A stretch of DNA of 64,000 nucleotides, from NCBI GenBank assembly GCA_017545165.1, contig JAFWQQ010000054.1, positions 10,279 through 74,278 on the forward strand, given 5' to 3'. Made by a program: the position numbers and the translations under genes. Under the pieces are notes generated by a model. The model had not been told where the DNA came from. It worked only from the letters and a program-made list of their open reading frames with translations, and did no database searches. The stretch comes from Oscillospiraceae bacterium (lineage in GTDB: Bacteria > Bacillota > Clostridia > Oscillospirales > Oscillospiraceae). Of this stretch, positions 20,166 through 30,869 are shown piece by piece. How positions within the stretch are numbered: the first letter of the stretch is position 1; each line of letters opens with the position of its first letter.

Positions 20166-21914
20166 TCACTCCTTCCTCGTAATGGCGCCCATCGGGCAGA
20201 CCTGGGCGCAGACGGTGCAGCCCACGCACTGGTTCTGGTCGATCTTGGCCTTCTTGTTCTCCACCAGGATGGCGGGGCAGCCCACCCGCAGGCAGCTCTT
20301 GCAGCCGATGCACTTGTCGGTGTCCACCACGCATTTGCCGATGTCGTGCTTGATGCCCTTGATGAGCAAGCAGGGGCGGCGCACCACGATGGCGGCGGGG
20401 ACTTCGGAGGCGGCGGCCTTCACCACGGCCTCGTCCATGGCCTTCAGATCCTGGGGATCCACGATCTGGATGAACTGGTAGCCCATGGACTCCAGCACCT
20501 TCTCGATGCGGATCTTCTCGGCGATCTCGCCCTGGAGGGTCTTGCCGGAGCCGGGGTTGTCCTGGTGGCCGGTCATGCCGGTGATGGAGTTATCCAGCAC
20601 CACGGGGACCATGTTGCCCTTGTTGTAGATGATCTCGGCTGCGCCGGTCATGCCGCTGTGGAAGAAGGTGGAGTCGCCCACCACGCCGAAGACCTTCCGG
20701 GGGTCGCCGGTGAGGGCCAGGGTCTTGGCGATGCCCATGCCCACGGTGAAGCCGCCGCCCATGCACACGCAGCTGTCCACCGCGTTCAGCGGCGCGGCGC
20801 CGCCCAGGGTGTAGCAGCCGATGTCGCCGGTGACGATGAAGTTCTTATGCTTGGACATGGTGTAGAAGAAGCCGCGGTGGGGGCAGCCGGGACACAGAGC
20901 GGGGGGACGGGACACGGCGGCCACGCCCAGCTCGGGGGCCTGGGGCTTTTCGCCGAAGAGCCGCTCCTTCAGCAGCTGGGGGTTGAACTCATACAGCTTG
21001 CCGGTGAGCTCCTTGCCGATGCAGTCGATGCCGGCGGCCTTGATCTGCTCCTCCATGAAGGGATCCAGCTCCTCGATGACGTAGAGCTTCTCCACCTGGG
21101 AGGCGAATTCGCGGATGAGTTTCATGGGCAGGGGGTTGGTGAGACCCAGCTTCAGGAAAGAAGTGTCCTCGGGGAACACGTCCTTGGCGTAGAGATAGGC
21201 GATGGAGGCGGTGATGACGCCCACCTTGTGGCCACGGATCTCCATCTTGTTCAGCGGGCAGGTGTTGCCGTACTCCTCCAGCTCCGCCATGTGAAGTTCC
21301 ACCTTGGGGTGGTTGCGGTAGGCCGCGGCGGGGGTGCAGCTGAACTTCGCCGGGTTGCGGACGTAGGGCTTCAGCTCCGGCTCCTCCCGCTCGCCCAGGG
21401 TCACCAGGCTCTTGGAGTGGGACACGCGGGTGGTGGTGCGGAAGAGCACCGGCGCGTCAAACAGCTCGGAGATCTTGTAGGCCTCCTTCATGAAGTCCTT
21501 GCACTCCTGGGAGTCGGCGGGCTCCACCATGGGGATCTTGGCGGAGCGGGCGTAGTGCCGGTTATCCTGCTCGTTCTGGGAGGAGTGCATGCTGGGATCG
21601 TCGGCGCTGACGATGACCATGCCGCCGTTGACGCCGTTGTAGGCGGCGGTGAACATGGGGTCGGCGGCCACGTTCAGACCCACGTGCTTCATGGCGCAGA
21701 GGCTGCGGGCGCCGGCGATGCTGGCGCCGTAGGCGACCTCCACGGCCACCTTCTCGTTGGGCGCCCACTCGCAGTAGAGCGCGTCCTTGTACTGGGGAAG
21801 ATTCTCGAAGATTTCGGTGCTGGGGGTGCCAGGGTAGGCCGAGCAGATCCGCACGCCGGCCTCATAGGCGCCGCGGGCGATGGCCTCGTTCCCGGAATAC
21901 AGAACCTTGTCCAT
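20166..21914 (-). CDS. iorA: indolepyruvate:ferredoxin oxidoreductase subunit alpha
   Basis: 582 aa. MDKVLYSGNEAIARGAYEAGV..., a TPP-binding GDIGCYTLG motif, and two C-terminal 4Fe-4S motifs (CIGCKSCLRVGCP, CVGCTVCAQVCP). Confidence 0.9.
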   Translation of the reverse strand: MDKVLYSGNEAIARGAYEAGVRICSAYPGTPSTEIFENLPQYKDALYCEWAPNEKVAVEVAYGASIAGARSLCAMKHVGLNVAADPMFTAAYNGVNGGMVIVSADDPSMHSSQNEQDNRHYARSAKIPMVEPADSQECKDFMKEAYKISELFDAPVLFRTTTRVSHSKSLVTLGEREEPELKPYVRNPAKFSCTPAAAYRNHPKVELHMAELEEYGNTCPLNKMEIRGHKVGVITASIAYLYAKDVFPEDTSFLKLGLTNPLPMKLIREFASQVEKLYVIEELDPFMEEQIKAAGIDCIGKELTGKLYEFNPQLLKERLFGEKPQAPELGVAAVSRPPALCPGCPHRGFFYTMSKHKNFIVTGDIGCYTLGGAAPLNAVDSCVCMGGGFTVGMGIAKTLALTGDPRKVFGVVGDSTFFHSGMTGAAEIIYNKGNMVPVVLDNSITGMTGHQDNPGSGKTLQGEIAEKIRIEKVLESMGYQFIQIVDPQDLKAMDEAVVKAAASEVPAAIVVRRPCLLIKGIKHDIGKCVVDTDKCIGCKSCLRVGCPAILVENKKAKIDQNQCVGCTVCAQVCPMGAITRKE

Positions 21915-22050
21915 AAGCGGTACTTCCTTTCTCACGATTGATTCACAGGGTATTCCGAAGGATATTTTACTAAGGCTCTTGAAATGTGTAAACCATTTCC
22001 TTATAATAGGGATATAAGCAAAACTTATCGCAATAAGAGGAGATGATCCC

Positions 22051-22956
22051 ATGACCACCACCCAGGCCCTCTATGTGCTGGAGGTGGCCGCCTGCCGCAG
22101 CATGTCCCAGGCGGCCCAGCGGCTCTACGTGTCCCAGTCCGCCATCTCCCAGCAGATCCAGAAGCTGGAGCAGGAGCTGGGCTGCGCCCTCTTCACCCGC
22201 ACGGTGGAAGGGCCGCGCCTCACCACAGCAGGGGAGGACTTCTGCCGCCAGGCCAGGCCGGTGATCGACGCCTGGCAGAAGCTCTGCCGGGACGTGCAGG
22301 CCAGCAATCCCACCGCCAAAAAGCAGCTGCGCATCGGCCTGGGCTCCCGGGTCTACTCCAACAGCCTGTTTGAGGATATCGTGCGCTATTTCGACGCGCA
22401 GCCGGAGATCGAGGTCTCCTTTTACACCGAGGCGGGCATGGACTTTCTCACGGCCCTGCGGCAGCAGCAGGTGGACCTGGTGCTGGACCGGCTGCCCACG
22501 GAGGACTATCTGGACCGGCAGAGCGAGTATTACAGCATCCCCCTGGTGCGGGAGAGGCAGTGCGTGCTCCTGTCCCGCCGGGATCCTCTGGCAGGACGGG
22601 AGCGGCTCTCTCTCCGGGAGCTGGAGGGGGCCACGGTGATCTCCGGGCTGGAGAACTCCGCCGAGGACCGGCAGCTCAAGGAGCTCTGCAGCCGCCACGG
22701 CTTCACGCCCCAGCGGATCTACCGCTCCGACAGCATTGAGACCAACATGAGCCTGGTGCGCAGCGGCGTGGGCGTTGTGCTGGGACCCCAGTCCTTTTCC
22801 CGCTACTACAATGTGGCGGCCCTGCCCCTGGAGCCGGAGACGGAGGCAAGTCTCCGCTTCGTGTGCCTGAAAAACCTGCTCCAGCGCCGGGAGATCCGCC
22901 AGATGCGGGACTTTCTGCTCCGGGTCTGCCGGGAGCACAGGCTTCTGGCGGAGTGA
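22051..22956 (+). CDS. LysR family transcriptional regulator
   Basis: N-terminal MTTTQALYVLEVAACRSMSQAAQRLYVSQSAISQQIQKLEQELG is the LysR HTH. Divergent from iorAB. Confidence 0.85.
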   Translation: MTTTQALYVLEVAACRSMSQAAQRLYVSQSAISQQIQKLEQELGCALFTRTVEGPRLTTAGEDFCRQARPVIDAWQKLCRDVQASNPTAKKQLRIGLGSRVYSNSLFEDIVRYFDAQPEIEVSFYTEAGMDFLTALRQQQVDLVLDRLPTEDYLDRQSEYYSIPLVRERQCVLLSRRDPLAGRERLSLRELEGATVISGLENSAEDRQLKELCSRHGFTPQRIYRSDSIETNMSLVRSGVGVVLGPQSFSRYYNVAALPLEPETEASLRFVCLKNLLQRREIRQMRDFLLRVCREHRLLAE

Positions 22957-22977
22957 TAGACAGATCGTCGATACGAA

Positions 22978-23008
22978 CAAGGACGCAGCGAAAACCGCTG
23001 CGTCCTTG
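22978..23008. terminator. hairpin between convergent genes
   Basis: CAAGGACGCAGCG-aaaac-CGCTGCGTCCTTG (13-bp stem). Confidence 0.6.
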
Positions 23009-23051
23009 TGCCGTCCTTGCGGCTGTATTCTTTTTTCCTCATTCCGAATCA

Positions 23052-24017
23052 TCACGGTCCGCAGCGGCCGCAGGGGCTGTAGCCCTGCTCCAGGAGCTCT
23101 TCCCGGCTGCCCCGGAACTCCACCCGGTTCCCCTCGGAGATCTCCTCGGCGGAGGGGCAGCCCGGCCGGTGAAAGCGCAGGGTCCGGGTATTCAGCACAT
23201 AGAGTTCCTCCTGGACGGCGTCGGTGGGAGCGGGGCAGCTTTGCAGTTCGCTATCGGGGTCGGCGTCTGCCGGGGGCGCCGGACGCTCAGTGCTTGGGGC
23301 GGTCCAGGAAGGGTCGGCCCGGCTCTCGCCGTCAGCATAGTCGATGAGGACGCCGGGCTGGACGTTGAAGACGTAGCGGCAGAGCTGCAGACTCCTGCCC
23401 CCGTCCTCCAGGGACCGGGCCTCCAGCAGCACGCCCCGGGCCAGCAGCTCCCGGCCCAGAAAGACCGGCGTTACCCGATAGAGCACGTGCCGGCCGCTGG
23501 CTTCGATATAATCACCCACCTGGATCTCGAGTGGCAGCATCCCCTCGATGTTCATATACCGGGTGCCGGTGATCAGGTTGCGGGGGTCCGCGTTTTCGCC
23601 GCAGAGCTGGTAGGCCACCAGATGGCAGCGGTTGTAGAGGTAGCGGTCCTCGATCCGGTCGTCATAGCGGACCGTGTGCCAGCCGCTGGGGCGCAGATCC
23701 CCGATGGGGCTACGCTTCTCCGTGGCCAGGGTCTCCGGCCCCAGCAGGGCCAGGGCGGGACCGCTGCGGCCCAGAGCGTCCTGCTCGCTGAATCGGAGGC
23801 CCCGGGCTTCCCGCAGCTCCTCCGCTGTGAAGAAGGGCCGGTCTCCGTTGACGACGCAGCCGGGCTCGCGCGCATAATCCGGAGGAGAGGCCAGGAAGGT
23901 CTCTTGCGTGAGGGGCGTTTTCTTCGCGCCCAAGGGAAAGACGAGGGCCAGCAGCAGCGCCAGACCCAGCAGCAGCGCGGTCAGGACGCCGAGCCAGAGC
24001 CAGGTTTTTTTCCGCAC
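23052..24017 (-). CDS. membrane-anchored DNA/RNA non-specific endonuclease (DNA-entry nuclease-like) with C-terminal Cys-rich metal-binding motif
   Basis: GTG start at 24017 behind GGGAGGGG. N-terminal TM LWLGVLTALLLGLALLLALVF. YNRCHLVAYQLCGENADPRNLITGTRYMN nuclease core. C-terminal FHRPGC...YSPCGRCGP. Confidence 0.7.
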   Translation of the reverse strand: MRKKTWLWLGVLTALLLGLALLLALVFPLGAKKTPLTQETFLASPPDYAREPGCVVNGDRPFFTAEELREARGLRFSEQDALGRSGPALALLGPETLATEKRSPIGDLRPSGWHTVRYDDRIEDRYLYNRCHLVAYQLCGENADPRNLITGTRYMNIEGMLPLEIQVGDYIEASGRHVLYRVTPVFLGRELLARGVLLEARSLEDGGRSLQLCRYVFNVQPGVLIDYADGESRADPSWTAPSTERPAPPADADPDSELQSCPAPTDAVQEELYVLNTRTLRFHRPGCPSAEEISEGNRVEFRGSREELLEQGYSPCGRCGP

Positions 24018-24102
24018 GGGTTTCCCCTCCCTTCGTCGATTCCGGTGTGAAAGCCGGCCTCCGACGCGCCTGCGCGCCGGAGACCGGCAAAATCCTTCTT
24101 TA

Positions 24103-26538
24103 TCAGCCCAGAACCACGCGGACCTGAGCCGTCTCGCCGGGTGCGCGGAGGGGCAGGAGCCTGCCGTCCAGACGCTCCCCGTCCACCCAGAGCTCCCGCA
24201 CGCCGTGCTGCACGCCCGCGGGGTTTTCCACGCGGATCTCGTACCAGGCACCCCGGTAGAAGCGCCGGACCCGGTAGCTCTTGACAGAAGCGGGGACGCA
24301 GGGGTCGATCTCCAGCCCGTCCAGGGTGGGCTTTACGCCCAGGATGGCCTGGGAGATGCTCAGGAAGGTCCAGGCGGCGGTGCCGGTGAGCCAGCTGTTC
24401 TTGCCCTCGCCGAAGCTGGGGGCGTCCCGCCCGGCGATCATCTGGCTGTAGACATAGGGCTCGGTGCGGTGAATCTCGCTGATGTCCTCGATGTAGGCCG
24501 GTGCGGTGCGGCGGTAGACCTCAAAGGCCCGGTCCCCGTGGCCCAGCTCTGCCTCGGCGCAGACGATCCAGGGGTTGTTGTGGCAGAAGATGCCGGCGTT
24601 TTCCTTGTATCCGGGGGGATAGCTGGAGATTTCGCCCAGCTCCAGATGATAGCGGGTGTAGGCCGGCTGCAGCAGCACGATGCCGTACTTGGTGTCCAGC
24701 CGCTCCTTCACGCTCTCCAGGGCCTTGGCCGCCTGGCCGCTCTCTTTGCCGATGCCGGCCATGACACACATGCCCTGGGGCTCGATGAAGATCTGGCCCT
24801 CCTCGCAGTCCTTGCCGCCCACCACGTTCCCGAAGGCGTCATAGGCCCGGCGGAACCAGGCCCCGTCCCAGCCGGCGGTCAGGGCGGCCTCTTCCATGGC
24901 GGAGACGGCTTCCTCGGCCTCCGCCGCTTCGTCGGTCAGACCCAGATGGCGGCAGATCTCCGCCCAGGCCCGGCCGTACTTCACGAACATGCCGGCGATG
25001 AACACGCTCTCGGCCACGGGACCCTCGCTGGGGCCGGTGATCTGGAAGCTTTCGCCGGGCTCCTCGGAGAAGCAGTTCAGGTTCAGGCAGTCGTTCCAGT
25101 CCGCCCGGCCGATCAGGGGCAGACCGTGAGGACCCAGGTGGGTCCGGGTATAGGCGAAGCTGCGGCGCAGATGCTCCAGCAGGGGCCGGGCCAGGCTGGG
25201 ATTGTTGTCAAAGTCCACATTCTCGTCCAGGATGCTCCAGTCTCCGGTCTCCCGCAGATAGGCGTCGGTCCCGGCGATGAGCCAGAGGGGATCGTCGTTG
25301 AAGCCGCTGCCCACGGCCAGATTGCCCTTCTTGGTCAGGGGCTGGTACTGGTGATAGGCGCTGCCGTCAGGGAATTGGGTGGCTGCAATGTCCAGGATCC
25401 GCTCCCGGGCCCGCTCGGGGATCATGTGCACGAAGCCCAGCAGGTCCTGGCAGGAGTCCCGGAAGCCCATGCCCCGGCCCATGCCGCTTTCAAAATAGCT
25501 GGCGGAGCGGCTCATGTTGAAGGTGACCATGCACTGATACTGGTTCCAGATGTTCACCATCCGGTCCAGCTTCTCCGCGCCGGTCTCGACCTGGTAGCGG
25601 TCCAGCAGGCGAGCCCAGTGCTCCCGCAGGGCGGAGAGCGCTTCGTCAAAAGCGGCGTCATCGGCATAGCGGGCCATCATGGCCTCGGCCCGGGTCCTGT
25701 TCAGGCTGCCGTCGGCAAGGAACTTCTCCGGGCGGGGGTTTTCCACATAGCCCAGACCGAAGTGCAGGCAGACGCTCTCGCCGGGGGCCAGCTTGAGATC
25801 GTGCTGCTGGGCGGCCACGGGCTGCCAGCCGTGGGCCACGCTGCCGGTGCAGCCGCCGCCGAAAACGGCCTCCGGCCGGGCGGGGCTGCCGTAAACGCCC
25901 AGGAAAGCCTCCCGCTGGGTGTCAAAGGCCTCCGGCTGCCGGTCGGACCAGAACAGGGCGTAATGATCCCGGCGCTCCCGGTACTCCGTCTTATGATAGA
26001 TGGCGGCGCCGTGGATCTCCACCTCGCCGGTGGAATAGTTGCGCTGGAAGTTGGAGCTGTCGTCCATGGCGTCCCAGAGGCAGAACTCCACATAGGGGAA
26101 GAGCCGGATCGACTTGGCCGCCGCGCTGTCGTTGCGAAGGGTGAGACGGATCAGCAGGCAGTCGTCCCCCTGGGGAACGAAGAGCTCCTGGACGGCGGTG
26201 AGGCCGTTTTTCGCGCCCTCGATGACGGTATAGCCCAGGCCGTGGCGGCAGGTATAGGCGTCCAGCTCCGTCTGGCAGGGCTGCCAGCCGGGGTTCCAGA
26301 CCTGCGCGCCGTCTTTTATATAGAAGCGGAAGCCCTCAGAGTCCAGAGGCGCGTTGTTGTAGCGATAGCGGGTCAGCCTCCGGAGCCGGGCGTCCCGAAA
26401 GAAGGCGTAACCGCCGGCGGTGTTGGAGCAGAGCGCGAAAAATGCCTCGCTGCCCAGGTAGTTGATCCAGGGCAGAGGCGTCCGGGGCGTGGTGATCACA
26501 TATTCCCGGCGCTGATCATCAAAAAATCCGTACTGCAT
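24103..26538 (-). CDS. GH94 glycoside phosphorylase (cellobiose/chitobiose phosphorylase family)
   Basis: 811 aa. [29 protein letters not shown]..., a typical GH94 N-terminus, with matching length. No signal peptide. Confidence 0.85.
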   Translation of the reverse strand: MQYGFFDDQRREYVITTPRTPLPWINYLGSEAFFALCSNTAGGYAFFRDARLRRLTRYRYNNAPLDSEGFRFYIKDGAQVWNPGWQPCQTELDAYTCRHGLGYTVIEGAKNGLTAVQELFVPQGDDCLLIRLTLRNDSAAAKSIRLFPYVEFCLWDAMDDSSNFQRNYSTGEVEIHGAAIYHKTEYRERRDHYALFWSDRQPEAFDTQREAFLGVYGSPARPEAVFGGGCTGSVAHGWQPVAAQQHDLKLAPGESVCLHFGLGYVENPRPEKFLADGSLNRTRAEAMMARYADDAAFDEALSALREHWARLLDRYQVETGAEKLDRMVNIWNQYQCMVTFNMSRSASYFESGMGRGMGFRDSCQDLLGFVHMIPERARERILDIAATQFPDGSAYHQYQPLTKKGNLAVGSGFNDDPLWLIAGTDAYLRETGDWSILDENVDFDNNPSLARPLLEHLRRSFAYTRTHLGPHGLPLIGRADWNDCLNLNCFSEEPGESFQITGPSEGPVAESVFIAGMFVKYGRAWAEICRHLGLTDEAAEAEEAVSAMEEAALTAGWDGAWFRRAYDAFGNVVGGKDCEEGQIFIEPQGMCVMAGIGKESGQAAKALESVKERLDTKYGIVLLQPAYTRYHLELGEISSYPPGYKENAGIFCHNNPWIVCAEAELGHGDRAFEVYRRTAPAYIEDISEIHRTEPYVYSQMIAGRDAPSFGEGKNSWLTGTAAWTFLSISQAILGVKPTLDGLEIDPCVPASVKSYRVRRFYRGAWYEIRVENPAGVQHGVRELWVDGERLDGRLLPLRAPGETAQVRVVLG

Positions 26539-26596
26539 GAGAGGACTCCTTTTCAGCTGTTTCAGTCCCGAAATGGGAAGGCCAGTCTGTTACTAA

Positions 26597-26608
26597 AACG
26601 ATTTCGTT
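26597..26608. promoter_or_regulatory. candidate LacI-type operator half-palindrome (AACGA-tt-TCGTT) in the GH94 5' region
   Basis: Inverted 5-mers around a CG-containing core, between the GH94 start and the divergent lacI-family gene. Confidence 0.25.
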
Positions 26609-26656
26609 CAATTTCTCCCCTATAAAGTAGCGGATTTCAGCGCAAAATGCAAGCGT

Positions 26657-26666
26657 TTTTTCGAAA
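26657..26666. promoter_or_regulatory. perfect palindrome TTTTCGAAAA (candidate operator), copy 1
   Basis: The same 10-mer recurs at 26804-26813 in the same divergent intergenic region. Confidence 0.3.
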
Positions 26667-26797
26667 ATTTCATGAAAAAATGGATGAGCTTTCCAAATGG
26701 AGAACGGAGACTTGGCAATATGCACAAAAATAGGGGTGGACAATTGGCAGTTTATACAAAAAATAGAAAAGAATACGATTTCTTTACGAAGAACACT

Positions 26798-26826
26798 TGC
26801 AATTTTTCGAAAACGGGTGTATTTTC
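26798..26826 (+). promoter_or_regulatory. putative promoter of the LacI-family gene, overlapping TTTTCGAAAA copy 2 (26804-26813)
   Basis: TTGCAA, 17 nt spacer, TG-TATTTT. The palindrome sits in the spacer, as expected for autorepression. Confidence 0.35.
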
Positions 26827-26862
26827 TAGACGCGAAAACGATTAAGTGAGGAGCTGACGAAA

Positions 26863-27879
26863 GTGACATCCCTGAAAGACATTGCGCTGCAGTGCGGGGT
26901 TTCTGTCGCGACCGTCAGCAAGGCGCTGAACGACCAGCAGGATATCGGCGAGGAGACCCGCCGGAAGATCCGGCAGAAGGCGGAAGAGCTGGGCTACACC
27001 ACCAACGCGGCCGCCCGGGCGCTGAAAACCAAGCGCACCTATAATCTCGGCGTGCTGTTCGTGGACCCCACCCACGGAGGCCTGGCCCATGAGTTCTTCT
27101 CCACGGTGCTGGACGGGATCCGCGCCGAGGCGGAGCGCAGCGGCTACGATATCACCTTTATCAACTGCAATATCGGCAAACAGGAGACCAGCTATCTGCA
27201 GCACTGCCTCTACCGTGGCGTGGACGGCGTGGTGATCGCCTCGGCGGATTTCAAGGCACCCATGGTGCTGGAACTGGTGAATTCCTCTCTGCCGGTGGTC
27301 ACCCTGGACCATGTGTTCAACGACCACATCGCCGTGATGTCCGACAACATCCGGGGGATGGAGGAGCTGACGCGCTATGTGATCTCCAAGGGTCACCGCC
27401 GCCTGGCCTTTATCCACGGGGAGAAAACCAGCGTCACCGTGAACCGGCTTTCGGGTTTTTACCGGGTCTGCGAAGAGCTGGGCGTGAGCGTAAAGGACAA
27501 GTGGATCCGGGAGAGCGTGTATCACGACTCCGAGGGCTGCTACCGGATGACCGGGGAGCTGCTGGCCGACAAGGACCGGCCCAGCTGCATCTTCTTCCCG
27601 GACGACTATTCCTTCATCGGCGGTTCCAACGCCATTCGGGAGGCGGGCCTGCGGATCCCGGAGGATATTTCCGCCGTGGGCTACGACGGGATCCCTCTTT
27701 CCCGGGTGATGAGCCCGGTGCTGACCACCTGGCGCCAGGACACCACGGGCCTGGGCAGGACGGCTGCGGAAAAGCTCATCGGCCTGATCGAGCGGCCCAA
27801 GACCGCCATCTTTGACCGGGTGGTCGTCAAGGGAAGCCTCCAGGAGGGCGGCACCGTCGCCCCGATCGCTTCTGTGTGA
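26863..27879 (+). CDS. LacI family transcriptional regulator
   Basis: (V)TSLKDIALQCGVSVATVSKALN HTH plus a periplasmic-binding-protein-like sugar-binding domain. GTG start. Confidence 0.85.
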   Translation: MTSLKDIALQCGVSVATVSKALNDQQDIGEETRRKIRQKAEELGYTTNAAARALKTKRTYNLGVLFVDPTHGGLAHEFFSTVLDGIRAEAERSGYDITFINCNIGKQETSYLQHCLYRGVDGVVIASADFKAPMVLELVNSSLPVVTLDHVFNDHIAVMSDNIRGMEELTRYVISKGHRRLAFIHGEKTSVTVNRLSGFYRVCEELGVSVKDKWIRESVYHDSEGCYRMTGELLADKDRPSCIFFPDDYSFIGGSNAIREAGLRIPEDISAVGYDGIPLSRVMSPVLTTWRQDTTGLGRTAAEKLIGLIERPKTAIFDRVVVKGSLQEGGTVAPIASV

Positions 27880-27935
27880 TAAGCGGGGAAACCCGCAAAA
27901 AATAACATCACAAACATTTTTAAGGAGGAAAAACC

Positions 27936-29267
27936 ATGAAAAAGACTCTCGCAATCCTTCTGACCCTCTGCATGGTGTTCGCCCTGTGCGCCCCCATGGC
28001 TATGGCAGAAGAGGCCGCCGAAGAGACCTACCGCACCGAGCCCATTGAACTGCCCGAGGGCGAAGGCAAGGTCCTGAACATCTACGCCTGGAACGAGGAG
28101 TTCAAGGGCTTCTTCGAGAAGTACTACACCGTTCCCGAAGGCGTGACCGTCAACTGGATCATCACCCCCAGCGACAACGGCGCTTACCAGCAGAAGCTGG
28201 ACCTGGCTCTGCTGAACCAGGAGAGCGCTGAGACCGACGAGAAGGTCGACCTGTTCCTGGCCGAAGCCGACTACATCCAGAAGTACGTGGACAGCCCCTA
28301 CACCCAGGACATCACCGCCATGGGCGTGACCGACTTCACCAATGCTTACAAGTACACCGTGCAGGCCGCCACTGACGCCGACGGCGTCATCAAGGGCGTT
28401 TCCTTCCAGTGCTGCCCCTCCGCTCTGATCTACCGCCGCTCCATCGCCAAGGACGTTCTGGGCACCGACGATCCCGCCGAGGTCCAGGAGCTGCTGGGCA
28501 GCTGGGAGCAGTTCAATGCCGTCGCCGCTGACGCCAAGGAAAAGGGCTACCTGATGACCGGCTCCTTTGCCGAGACCTACCGTCCCTTCTCCAACAACTG
28601 CACCATGCCCTGGGTCGATGAGGACGAGAATCTGCAGTTCGACCCCCAGATCGAGGCCTGGATCGAGCAGACCGAGGAATTCGTGGCCAACGGCTACACC
28701 CTGACCGCCGGCATTTGGGATCAGGAGAAGAACAACGAGATGTTTGCCGACGGCAAGGTCATGTGCTTCTTCGGACCTGCCTGGTACTTCAACTTCTGCA
28801 TGGGCAATGCCATGGATCCTGAGAACGGCTGCATCGGCGACTGGGCCATCTGCGAAGGCCCCGCTGCTCACTTCTGGGGCGGCACCTGGCTGCTGGCTCC
28901 CACCGGCGGCGACAATGACGCTCTGGTTGCCGACATCATGAACGCTTTCATCAACGACGAAGAGCTCTGCTCCGCTCTGGTCGTGAACGAGGCTCAGTTC
29001 TCCAACAACATGGTCGTCAACGCCAAGTTCGCCGAGGATCCTGACTTCGGTTCCGAGTTCCTGGGCGGCCAGAACCCCGTGGCCGTGTTCTCCACCATGA
29101 CCGACAACATCAAGTGGGAGAACCACACCATCTATGACCAGCTGCTGAACGAGGGTCTGCAGAACAACCTGCGCGAGTACTTCCAGGGCACTGTCGACAA
29201 GGAGACCGCTCTCGATAACTTCTACCGCTTCGTTAACGAGACCTATCCCGAAATCGTCACTCCCTGA
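27936..29267 (+). CDS. carbohydrate ABC transporter substrate-binding lipoprotein
   Basis: 443 aa with MKKTLAILLTLCMVFALCAP signal and SBP family-1-like composition. AAGGAGGA RBS. Confidence 0.8.
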   Translation: MKKTLAILLTLCMVFALCAPMAMAEEAAEETYRTEPIELPEGEGKVLNIYAWNEEFKGFFEKYYTVPEGVTVNWIITPSDNGAYQQKLDLALLNQESAETDEKVDLFLAEADYIQKYVDSPYTQDITAMGVTDFTNAYKYTVQAATDADGVIKGVSFQCCPSALIYRRSIAKDVLGTDDPAEVQELLGSWEQFNAVAADAKEKGYLMTGSFAETYRPFSNNCTMPWVDEDENLQFDPQIEAWIEQTEEFVANGYTLTAGIWDQEKNNEMFADGKVMCFFGPAWYFNFCMGNAMDPENGCIGDWAICEGPAAHFWGGTWLLAPTGGDNDALVADIMNAFINDEELCSALVVNEAQFSNNMVVNAKFAEDPDFGSEFLGGQNPVAVFSTMTDNIKWENHTIYDQLLNEGLQNNLREYFQGTVDKETALDNFYRFVNETYPEIVTP

Positions 29268-29527
29268 ACGCGAGGCTGACAAAGCATAAAAGCAAACTTA
29301 AACCCCTGGGGCAAGGCGTTTTGCCTTGCCCCAGGTTCTTTTCAAATGGCAAAAGGCCCTTCGGAGCGCACCGGTACGGCGCGCTGCGAAGCGCTTTTTG
29401 GAGCGAGAACCGGAAAACCGACTGCCCGAAGAAGCGGAGCATCGCCCCGGCGGGGCTGCTTTTCGGACGCCATTCCCGGGGACGCGTCTGCAATTCAGAT
29501 TTTTACGAAAAAGAGAGGTAATGTCGG

Positions 29528-30859
29528 ATGAGCTGGGACAGATTGGTCTGGCCGATCGCATTGACCCTGCTGCTTTCGTGGCTTCCGGGGATCCTTGCGA
29601 TGAACAAAGGCCGTTCTTTTTTGAAGTACTACTTCATTTGTCTGGTCAGCGGACTGGCGCTGGTACTGCTGCAGCCGAAACTTGCGGAGATCCTGACGAG
29701 CGCCGTCCAAAACGCTTTGAGCGGAGCAGAGAAAGACGCTTTCGAGAAGAGCGGCCTCCTGCGCTTTTACAGGACGCTGGATGAAAACAAAACGATTTCC
29801 AGGGTCCTGCCGGTCATCAGTGTGCTTTTGGCGCCGGTCGTAATGACGATCGCTGTGATCCTGAAGAAGGATCTCTACCATTCCGGCAAGGATGCCGCCG
29901 AGCTGAAAGCCTCCGGCAAACGCCGCACGGGCGTCAGCTATGCCAAATGGGGCTATGCGCTGATCTTCCCCTTCTTTGTGAGCTATCTCATCTTTTCCCT
30001 GGTCCCGCAGTTCACGACGATCTACAACAGTTTCTTCGAAAACCGGATGAAGGGCATGCAGCAGATCGGGCCGAACTATGTGGGGGTGGACAACTTTGTG
30101 AAGCTCTTCACACCCAACAAGAACGGCAGCATCGATATCCTCCAGTATTTCGGAAATACCGTGATCATGTGGGTCCTGGGCGCGGTTCCCCAGATCCTGA
30201 TCGCCCTGCTGCTGGCGGTGTTCTTCACCAGCTACCGGCTGAATCTGAAGGGACAGCAGTTCTTCAAAACCGTGATCTATATGCCCAACCTGATCATGGC
30301 CTCCGCTTTCGCCATGCTGTTCTCGGTGCTGTTCTCCAAGGTCGGACCGGTGAACCAGATCCTGACCGCTTCCGGCATGATCGATGAGGTCATAGATTTT
30401 CTGGCCTTGAAAATTCCGGTACGCTCGCTGGTCGCCCTGATGAATTTCCTGATGTGGTTCGGCAATACCACCATCCTGCTGATGGCGGGCATCCAGGGCA
30501 TCGACCAGAACATGTTCGAGGCGGCGGAGATCGACGGGGCCAACTCCCTGCAGGTCTTCTTCCGGGTGACCCTGCCGCTGCTCTCGCCGATTCTGGTCTA
30601 CACGATCATTACCGCCATGATCGGCGGCCTGCAGATGTTCGACGTTCCGCAGGTCCTGACGAACGGGAGAGGCAGCCCGGACTACTCCACGATGACCGTT
30701 GTGATGAATCTGAATACATACCTCGGTCGAAAGAACTACGGCATGGCCGGCGCTGTCAGCGTGGTCCTGTTCATCATCTCCGCGGTGCTGAGTCTCTTCG
30801 TGTATCGGATGCTCAGCCGTCAGTATTCGGAAACTGCCCGCAAGCGGGATCGGGTCTAA
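29528..30859 (+). CDS. carbohydrate ABC transporter permease (MalF-like) with an extra N-terminal TM extension of about 130 aa
   Basis: EAA-loop region AAEIDGANSLQVFFRVTLPLL. An alternative internal start lies at 29600. Confidence 0.75.
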   Translation: MSWDRLVWPIALTLLLSWLPGILAMNKGRSFLKYYFICLVSGLALVLLQPKLAEILTSAVQNALSGAEKDAFEKSGLLRFYRTLDENKTISRVLPVISVLLAPVVMTIAVILKKDLYHSGKDAAELKASGKRRTGVSYAKWGYALIFPFFVSYLIFSLVPQFTTIYNSFFENRMKGMQQIGPNYVGVDNFVKLFTPNKNGSIDILQYFGNTVIMWVLGAVPQILIALLLAVFFTSYRLNLKGQQFFKTVIYMPNLIMASAFAMLFSVLFSKVGPVNQILTASGMIDEVIDFLALKIPVRSLVALMNFLMWFGNTTILLMAGIQGIDQNMFEAAEIDGANSLQVFFRVTLPLLSPILVYTIITAMIGGLQMFDVPQVLTNGRGSPDYSTMTVVMNLNTYLGRKNYGMAGAVSVVLFIISAVLSLFVYRMLSRQYSETARKRDRV

Positions 30860-30869
30860 GGAGGCGGAC

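Noticed and set aside
17894-20481. ORFs 17894-19036 (-), 18622-19248 (-), 18633-19301 (+) and 19054-20481 (+)
   Set aside because: They run through degV or iorB antisense and through the palindrome-rich tract. They are Arg/Pro/Gly-rich with no RBS or motifs.
20346-23055. ORFs 20346-21941 (+) and 21970-23055 (-)
   Set aside because: They are antisense to iorA and to the LysR gene respectively, and show high-GC artefact composition.
23908-26625. 905-aa ORF on the plus strand
   Set aside because: It is antisense to the clearly recognisable GH94 phosphorylase. Its composition is Gly/Ala/Pro/Arg-rich with no motif. This is a typical stop-free antisense frame in GC-rich DNA.
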